64,000 bases of DNA from Octopus sinensis (taxonomy: Eukaryota). The stretch is taken from assembly GCF_006345805.1 (NCBI RefSeq), contig NW_021832602.1, forward strand, positions 124,001 to 188,000, given 5' to 3'. Shown piece after piece: positions 51,302 to 60,599 of this stretch. Position 1 is the first letter of the stretch; each line of letters opens with the position of its first letter. Under the pieces are notes generated by a model, which saw nothing but the letters and a program-made list of their open reading frames with translations, searched no databases and was not told where the DNA came from. Both the position numbers and the translations under genes were made by a program.

Positions 51302-54300
51302 CAGGGGTCGGCAAAAGCAGGCTCGCGAGCCTTTGAAGGCTCTTTAACTCTTACGGTAGGCTCTTTCAATTTTTAACTATTTTTTTAATAAATGATTTCA
51401 ATTTTTAACTATGAGAAAAAAATTCATTATGACGAATTAAGTGATGACCAATGGCTGCAGAAATTTTATTTTATGGTTGACATAACATCAGAATTAAACA
51501 AACTTAATTCAAAATTGCAAAGGAGTGGAAATATTGCATTTTTCATGTATGAGGAAGTGATATTATTTGAAAAAAATTAATTCTGTTTAAAGAGGATATA
51601 GAACAAAATTTTACATCTTCCTAAATTACGCCAATATTTGACAAAATGATCGAACTATAAATAAAACTTATTTTAAAAATGCTCTTTTGTATATGAAGGA
51701 ATCTTTCAATGACAGGTTAAAAAGAATGTTTAAATATAAAAAGGTTTAAGGATTTTAGGAAAGAAAAAGCAAACATATGGTTCGTTATAAAAACCCTCTA
51801 CGTCAGTGGTTCTTAACCTTTTTTAAGTCAGCGCCCCCTTTTGACACAATTTCGAAGCTTCAAAATTTCAGCGCCCCCCTATTATTTAATTTATTTTTTT
51901 TCAATTATAGATTTATTTGGCAATTTTTTCGCCAATTGTTTCATTTTAATATTTTCGAATATTACTTATTATTTTTTTAGAATTAAAAAGGGTATTCACA
52001 AACCAAACTTTTTTATATAAAAAAATTTTAGTGACTGCCTTGTGCTTGATGGAATTTGTCAATCGTTTTATGTCAGCTTCAATAGTCGACAGACTTAGTC
52101 TCAAATCTCCTCTATTCACAATTTGTAATTTATTTCTTTTTTTGGTCAAAATATTAGAGACTGCACTAAATCCTCTTTCAACTAGATATGTTGAAGGAAA
52201 TGCTATTATAAGTGTTTCAATTTCATTCCACAATAAAGGATATTTTTTTCTATGAGTAACCCAGAATTGTTGATATCCATATTTGTTGAAAATGACTTTA
52301 GCTTCAAAGTCATATTTCAGATTTAATAAATTTTCTGTTATTTCTTGAGATAAATTAACGTTTTCAGTTTCAAATGGATTTATATACCAATCAAAAAATT
52401 TTAAATTTTCTAAATCTTCAAAGCGGATTTTCATGTCATCTTTTAACATTTTTAGATGCAAGCAAAAGCATTCACAGTCAGAATCCGTTAATTTTTCGAC
52501 CTAATAAATATTATTACAAAAAATAACCCCAAATTTTTGTAGATTTGGAAAATTAATAAAAATCTTTTTCTTAATATTGTTTTCATAAAGTTGTAATTTT
52601 TCAATAAAAGGCATAATAATTCCTTTTACATTTATTAAATTGATATTGTTTCCTTGCAAGCTAATATTTACTTGGTTGATTTTATAAAAAATATCAGCTA
52701 GATAAGCTATATCAGCTTTCAATAAAATCAACTTACTAAAATGATTAAGGAATATTACCTAAAAATTCTCTGCTCATGTAACTGACAAAATTCTAAGATT
52801 GAATCATACAATTCAAAAAATCGACACAAACAGTTTCCTTTTGAAAGCCATCTAACATGGGTATGCAAAAGAAGTCGTTCATAATGCTCATCGTTTTGTT
52901 CACAAATATGTCGAAATATTCTCGAATTCAATGGGTGCATTTTAATACGATTTATTGCACATATGACAACATTTAGTGATTCATTCAGCCTCTCACTTAA
53001 ATTTTTCGCAGCTAAATGCTGTCTGTGAATGACGCAATGGATTGTAAAAATATTCGGTACTTTTTCCTTCATATATGCCAAAAACCCACGATGAACTCCA
53101 ACCATCGCAGGTGCCCCATCTGTTGAACAAGCAAAAATATTGCTAAGGGGTATTTCATGTTTCAAAAAATATTGTTCAACAGTTTTGAAAATTGTTAATC
53201 CTCTTGTATCGAGTTCAAGGTGTTCAGAAAATAAAAATTCTTCTTGAATTACATCATTTTGATTAATATAACGTACGTAAACTAATAAAAGTGCAACACT
53301 ATCGTTGAATGTCGATTCATCAATCTGAATTGAAAATTTTGTTGTTCTTAAAAATGCACATAGGGTTCTTCGATATCAAATGCCATTTCATCAATTCTGG
53401 AAGAAACAGAACTATTACTCAAAGGAATTGATGAAATTATTTGTTCAGAATCACAATCAACCATTGAATTTAACACTTCTTTGATAGCTGGTAATATTAA
53501 TGACTCTCCAATAGTATGAGGTTTTCCTGATTTCGCTATCAATTGCGATATTTTGTATGATGCTAATAGGCCTTTTTCAAGCATCTTCGAATTTTTTGTA
53601 AATAGTTGATTAATCATAAGACGATTTCATAATTATATTTCAGATTAGAAAAATAATTGATATCCGCATCAAGTTTGTCAGGATGACAAATCTTAAGATG
53701 ATTTAGCATTCTTGAAGGCTTCATTCCTTCATTTGTAAAGACCTTTTTACACATAAGACACATTGGAAGTGAATTGTTATGGTCGTAGGGTATCACTCCA
53801 AACTTTAGGTATTCATCCGAATATATACGTCGTTTTACTTTTTATCAGACATCTATAAAATATAAATAAAATATTTATTAAAAAGTTCTAAAATATTAAA
53901 TACAATTAACAAATATTTATAAATATTATCAGTGAATAATTTTTTTACGTACACACAAGACAATTTGAATTTAGAATTAATAGAAAAGCACGTGATAATG
54001 ATTTACAAAAACTAATAAAATATTTATAATAATTAAAAAAATTAAAATTCCAGCGCCCCCCTAATATGTTCCAGCGCCCCCAGGGGGGCGCCAGCGCCCC
54101 CGTTAAGAATCACTGCTCTACGTGCTAAAGTCAGCAATTTAAATTATTTTGCCATTTGAAATCAACGCAGCTGAGTTCGAAATGCAGCTATTGGACTTGA
54201 CATGTAAGAAATTATGGGCATCAAAATTATTCGTCTTTCAGAATTATTTGAAACCTTGAAACAGAAACATTGTCTGGTAAAATTAAAAATGATATTAATG

Positions 54301-54600
54301 TTATACAAAAGAAACTTGAAGATGTGATTCTCGAAACTTGGAATTCTCTTCCAGATTCTTATTATGAATTAAAAAAATTGCATAAGAAGTCTCCAAAGAA
54401 ATGAGGAATCACATTTCTCATTAATGCGTCTACTTAATTTAATTTTTTAAAATGAATTCTTAATTATTTTTTAAATTAATGTTTATTTAATTTTATGAAT
54501 TTAAATTTTTGACAAGTGGTAAAAAGTGGCTCTTCAATTTTTCGAAATTTCCAAAAATGTTCAAAATTGGCTCTTCTCCAAAAGTATTTGCCGACCCCTG
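51302..54600 (+). mobile_element. Non-autonomous SPIN-like hAT hosting a nested hAT
   Basis: TIR caggggtcggcaaa...tttgccgacccctg; TSD gtctagtc; ends nearly identical to 22613-23561; WLQKFYFMVDITSELNKLN. Confidence 0.92.
51804..54115 (-). mobile_element. Near-intact Buster-type hAT; transposase ~53852-52009 with two micro-introns
   Basis: TIR cagtggttcttaac...gttaagaatcactg; TSD ctctacgt; gcgcccc repeats. BED finger, IQIDEST, STDGAPAMVG, HCVIHRQHL, HTHVRWLSKG, FPSTYLVERGFS. Introns 52736-52758 and 52501-52527. Confidence 0.93.
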
Positions 54601-54879
54601 GTCTAGTCTAATCAGAAGAGTGTAGAAATGATCAAAATTTGGAAAACTCCGTGATCAATATGAGCAGGTGATCCTCAATATGGAGGCACATGTGATCTAT
54701 AGAGATTTCGGACATATGCCGTCATCAGTAAGGAATATGAACAGTATGACGAACAACTGAACAGTCTGTTTGTTTATCATAATATATCTAAAACACGCCA
54801 ATTAGAGCAATTGACACAGGTAGGCATTCTCCAAAATCTGTCCAATCTGCGCAAAGACAGCTCGACTACTCCTAGCACA

Positions 54880-55242
54880 TTTAATTGTCAAATTGTCACA
54901 TTTGTAGAGTCTGTACTCCCACATTGCCAGAGCGGAAACTGAATTGTAAAGACAGTCAACTGCAAGCATATCAGTGTGGTACTCAAGAAAAGGAGGAGAC
55001 CGCCTTCTACAACGTCTGTGAGAGGATAAGTGACTGTGGATAGTTCATTACGAACGGCAGACAACACTCAATCCACGACCTGGATAGAATTCGTTGTTAA
55101 ATTTAAAGCTTTGGAAAATATATGAATATTGACTAAATTAGATTTACTCGACCAACGAAGACTGGGAAACTCAAGTCGATCTCCAGTCAGTCCAAACGAG
55201 TAACCCACTATATTTAAGCCCACATGTGACATGGCCTCCTAA
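54880..55242 (+). pseudogene. Second, decayed copy of the uncharacterised gene at 17286-17670 (probably extends upstream to ~50900 across the hATs)
   Basis: Shared gacagtcaactgc, tgtgagaggataagtga, agaattcgttgt, ttagatttactcgaccaa, gtgacatggcctc; in-frame stops and a GT>AT donor. Confidence 0.55.
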
Positions 55243-55265
55243 TCCTTACTAACAATTACAAAAAA

Positions 55266-56534
55266 TTATCTTCTCACAAAACAAGCAATAAAAAATCCCC
55301 CAGTCTTGTTCTTTGAAGGGGAAGACCGGACACACAATCTACCGACCTTCTCCACTCCGCGATGTCTCCACTTCCTCATAAGACCCCTCAGACGAAATCG
55401 GTCTCCACAGGAGGCGAGTGCCTTAGTCATAGAACACCCAAATGCATACAAATTGAACGACATGTTCATTCTCCTCGACATTAATAGAGCAGGTTGAGTA
55501 GATCACACGTCTCACTGAAGGAAAGGACAAGGCATGGATCAGAATCCGTCTTTGGAATGCCCTAAGAGACCGAATCCGCGTTCTGTACTCCTCGCATTGG
55601 GTGTCCGGCCTGACAGAAGGACATTCCATCCCTCGAAAATATCACCCACACAACCTGAGCCAGAACAGGAAGGGTCCACCAGAATGTGAGTCACCTGGTC
55701 GAACGAGGGGTCATTTGGGTCCACCGACAGAAAGTCTTTGTGTAAGACTGTGGCAGAGGAACACCCAAAAAGTGTCATTTGCCTTTGGAGGACTTGAACT
55801 CTCTCGGAGTCGATATCAAAGGCAAAAACCCTGCCCGAATTTTTCATGGTGGCACACAAGAGAGATGTCTTATTCCCAGGGGCAGCACAACAGTCAATCA
55901 CGTGAGCGTGGAGAGGAGGTTTGAGCAAGTGGGCGGCCAAACATGAAGCCTTGTCTTGAAGGACTACTCGACCCTGAGTGTACAGAGGATGAGTGTGGAG
56001 ATCAGTCATTGGCGGAAAAACTAATAGATTTGGACATGTTGGATCGATTTTGTAATTACTTAATCCCGAGTGGTCAAAATGGTCACAGACTACTTTGATG
56101 TTGGCTTTGATTGTATTCACTCGCACGTAGCGTGGAATGACGACATTGCCAGTTTCATTCAAATCAACGAGCGAGAATGATTTTTGAATAACGTCACGGT
56201 TACGGTTGAATATTTTCTATAGCTTAACATGAAATAAATACTTGGAATTTCCTCGCTCTGTGGATTCCTTTGCCAAATATATATTCGTGCAATAGAATGA
56301 GGGAAAGGTCTTCATTTTGTATGAATTGGGTGATTTGGGGGAATTTGCTTATGACTTTGTGTAGAATAGTGAATTTATTGCAAGTGCCTGATAGGATAGA
56401 GAGAAGGGAGTTTTTATTCTAAATGTTTAGGTTATTTAAACTTTAAATTGGCTTTTGTATATTAAATTTTTAATTCCTCCATATCCGTTTCTGTGCTGAT
56501 GCAAGATATCTGCAGCCTCCTTGTACACAGACAT
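55266..56534 (-). CDS. NSUN5: rRNA m5C methyltransferase NSUN5 (Rcm1-like)
   Basis: MSVYKEAA...IKNLIY; PRYVRVNTIK, LQDKASC, IDCCAAPGNKT, LVDPSCSGSG, VIYSTCSINVEENE, TGGFFIACFVR*. Micro-introns present; the 5' exons are not fully resolved. Confidence 0.93.
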
Positions 56535-57113
56535 TGTTCTCACAAGCTGTGGCCAACTTTTGAATAATATATTTAAATACGTTTTTTAAATAATCAGTAT
56601 TTAATATAATTCAAATAATTACTTGTGGAATATATACCCATTTATTTAACTCCACAATCGTTGTCTCACGTGAGACCAGTCTTCCATCTTCACAAGAACA
56701 AGTCCTATCTGTTCACATTTAAAAGTGAGTATCAAAATGGGCAAGACAGCCCTGAGGAGTGTCAATCAATAGAAAAGCAGATTTGAAGTGTCATCCGCAG
56801 TGTCATAAGGAGATGTTCAATCTTGACAAGTTTTTAATATTATTAAATACTCACACGGTCTATATGCTATAAACACCCACAATCACTAAAACTGTGCTCT
56901 TCTTGTTCGATTCCGTGTTGGAGTGGTCGCCTGTCTTCCGGGATTTGTTTTTTTGGCAAATCCCCGTCATTTTCTGACCCCTTTTGGCGGACAGTATACT
57001 CTTAGCATATAAATCCGACCCCTCCCTCGATGCCCTCAAAATGTTGTAGCCCAATTCAGTTACGTCCTAATATCCGTAAACCTTTTTATCACCAGAGTCT
57101 GAGACTGGATAAA

Positions 57114-58372
57114 ATGGAAAGTAAAAAATCAAAGCAAGCCAAATCAAATGGCAGAGCATTTCAAACTTCATGGATTAAAGAATATGGATTGCTGAACAGA
57201 GGTTAATATTTTATTTTTAGGAGACAAAGCTTTATGTGTGTTATGCTCGGGCCAAATTGCCTTCCGAACATCCTCAATAAAACGCCATTTTCAAACTATT
57301 CACAAATCATTATCTGAGAAAACTAAGAATGAACAAAGAGAAACAATTGCATCTCAGTTAAAAAAAAGAACTCTCAACAATCAGAAACACTCAGAACACT
57401 TGTTAACAGTCAATCTGATTCAATCCGTGGTAATTAAGTTATTTCCCATGTTATTGCGAAGCATGGGAAGCCTTTTTCTGATGGTAAATATATAAAAGAA
57501 GCATGGATAAAATGTGCACCATTCTCATTCAATGAAAATCTAAAAATTATAGAAAAAATAAAAAACATTACCCTCTCACGAAATAAAGGAAAGAATTTTG
57601 GTGATGAGTGAAAATATCTCTCTTCAACAAAGTAAAGATATTAAGTTCTGTGATTTCATTTTCCTTTGTGTTGACAATAGTACTGACATATCTGGATTGT
57701 CACGCCTAGCAATTTTTTCAGATATTACTTATGTATAACAATATAAGATGGTTGAGCCGTGGAAAAGTTCTTGGACAATTTTTCCAGTGTTTGGATGAAG
57801 TGCAAATATTTTTACAGGGTGAAAAAGTAATTGATAAGTATCCACAATTAATCGACCCTGGATGGATCCTTAAACTAACATTTTTTGCAGATTTTACGTG
57901 CCATTTAAATGAATTGAACTTGAATTTGCAAAGGGGTAATAAATTATTATATCACACGATTGATTCAATTCAGGCATTTGAGGCCAAATTGGTCGTTTTT
58001 AACCTTGACGTACTTTTCAACAATTTTAAATATTTTAAAAATACTAAAAAAATTCCTAAAATTAGATTTACTTTTCCATGCAAAAATAGATCTATTTAAA
58101 CAAATTCTAGAATTTTAATCGTTAATTCAGTTAGTAATTCATGAATTTTCTTCGAGGTTTGTTGAATTAAAACTAACATCCAAATTTATAATATATTACC
58201 TAAATAAATGGTTATTTGAAGAAGATAAATAATTAAAATTATTTTAGTAAATGATTCTTTAAATTGAATCCGTTTTAGGTAAATTTGGTTTTTAAGGTAA
58301 TAATTTTGCTAGGCACATCTAAAATTGTAAATTTCTATTTATGGCACATCGGCTGAAAATTTTTGCAATCCC
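57114..58372 (+). mobile_element. SPIN/GTF2IRD2-like hAT remnant with a 19-nt intron (57202-57220)
   Basis: RAFQTSWIKEYGLLNRG|DKALCVLC...IKRHF, IRWLSRGKVL, LTFFADFTCHLNELNLNLQ. Confidence 0.75.
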
Positions 58373-58379
58373 TGATATA

Positions 58380-58800
58380 TTTGCAATATTTGGAATCACA
58401 CGAATTTATCCAAATGCTGGTTTACTTTACCGTCATTTTCACTAAAATGAATAATTTGAGTATATCACTTCAAGGTACAGATGTTAACATACAAATGCCA
58501 CGAAAAAATAACTGCATTCAAAAATAAATTATCTCTTTGACGTCGGCGAATAGAAACATACAATCTCACGAATTTCCGATTTTAGAAAAGATGGTTGACA
58601 ATTCAATAAATCCTACTCTTTTTTAAGAAATCATGTCTCATTTAAAAGTATTGTATATTTCGAAACGGATCTAAACATTTCAGATGAATGGACTTTGAGT
58701 CCATTTTTGTATAATCTGAAAATTGTGTCAGATGATCATGAACTCGAAGAAGATCTGATTGATCTCCGAACAAACAATGCACTCAAAATAGAGTTTCGCC
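58380..58800 (+). mobile_element. hAT transposase C-terminal remnant
   Basis: IFTKMNNLSISLQG, EDLIDLRTN. Confidence 0.5.
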
Positions 58801-60599
58801 AGTAGCCTTCTTGGTGGGAAGGTTTGAAGGTCCTCATTATGTAAGTAAAAGACATCTTTGTCGTTCACTTTAACTAAAATGAAGAATATAACTTTTTAGC
58901 GGGAAGGTTTTAAGGACCTTATCATCGAGGATATTCTCGATATTTTAGATTTTCAATCAATAGAGGTTTCCGGTAATTGCTGAGGCAGGGAGGCGCTTGA
59001 TGCCTATGTAAAGGAATTTAATTCTTCCCGCAAACCTGACGGCTCTAAATAAATGTTATGGTGGAATACGGCCCAGTACTGTTGGGAACGTTCTTTACGC
59101 CCGACGACCAAAATTATTTGCCGTTCGGTTGTTCAAAAATCAAGTTTAATTTTAATGCCGACCCAACTGGGCAAAGTTTTTGAGTTTCTGGTGAATATTA
59201 AACTTAAACCTGGTGACATAATACGTGTCAATTTTCCTATTTGTTGCTAGGCCATCAGTATTCGCTCTTGCGGTTATTTATTTCTGCCATGCTACCTATC
59301 GTCGTTGTTCGCTTCCACTAATTTCGTCAAAGTCTATTCTTTTTCCCTTTTCTGAACAAAATGAGTTGTCATAATATGACGCAGGTGCCAACGAATAGGT
59401 TTCTCGTGGGCTTAAAATCCCGGAAATTCCTTTAGTCCAAAAGAACTGGGATGATATAAACTCACAAATAATTGAAATTATCCGTTTACACACCGTCTCA
59501 GTTGGCAGGTATTAATTTCGTTGGTCAACTACATTCGGCCGGTTAGCTTAATGCGTCACAGATCTCGACAGCCAGTATGTTCCTGGACAACAAATCAGTC
59601 CGCATCGACATCTGTATACGTCTTGGCATTGAGATTCGACAGCGAAGTTGTTGCAGGTGTGGCAAAATTATCGACAAAAGCTAGGAATTTTCTAGGAAAC
59701 AGCTAGATAGGCATTTTGCAGATCATGCTAGAGTGCACACTAATTAAATCACCTAAAACCTCAGACCAATCAAAGTTACGACCGTCATTATAATAGGTAT
59801 GCCCAACAATTCCAGCCAGCCTATCGCGCTGAGGAACTTCAACACCCATGTTAAGATAGTACATACAACTAATAAGAGAGCGACTGCCAATTTCTGTTTG
59901 TTCGTTGAAGTCTTGTCTCGTATTGAGGTTTTGATCCCTATAAATTGATAAAAGAGCGCCCTGCTTTCTCTCCTTCAGCAGGAAAAGAAATATGAATAGT
60001 ATTAAGCTTTTTTTCTAACGTTATCTCCTCATAGTCGCTATCTTTTAAGTTTTTTTCTGCTAAGAAATCGATCTTATTGGTTAATGTTCAAAATGACGTT
60101 TTATAGAACCTGGTTTCATATTTTTTCATATGACATCATACAAACTTTCAGTTTTATTATATGATGCAGGAACGTCATGAAGGGTTTCTTTTAAGAATTG
60201 AATAGCCTCAGGATCCGAGCAGTTTGTTGACATGCCTAAGATAACAAAATCGTATCACATCAAAGCTATTAATTTATGATTCTTAACGATTGTGTATTAT
60301 ATTGTCGTTTCTGTTTGTGTAATATAAAATGCGGGATAAAGAATTTTGTAAATTCTCATTAATTCCCACATAAACATCAAAATTTATTGAGTTTATTCGA
60401 AATTATTTTTTGCAAGTACCCAGAGCATTCATTAAATCCGACATTCCGCTCAACAAACTATTTATCCCATTGTTTAGAAATTTTTTTACGGAGCTTCTGT
60501 AAGAGTACTCTTATTATCGAAGGCTAATTATTTTTAAATTAATTCCGAGATAGGCAGACTATTACTCTTCTCTTATAGTTTCTTTTTATTGGCGTGCGA

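Noticed and set aside
6196-56534. Alternative genetic code explaining the fragmented ORFs
   Set aside because: Micro-intron removal yields open frames in the standard code with normal TAA/TAG stops. The single TGA near 31017 is not enough evidence.
59760-59830. Piwi/PAZ-like snippet (LAGIVGHTYYN...FDW)
   Set aside because: The resemblance is limited to a few residues, and the flanking sequence shows no Argonaute motifs.
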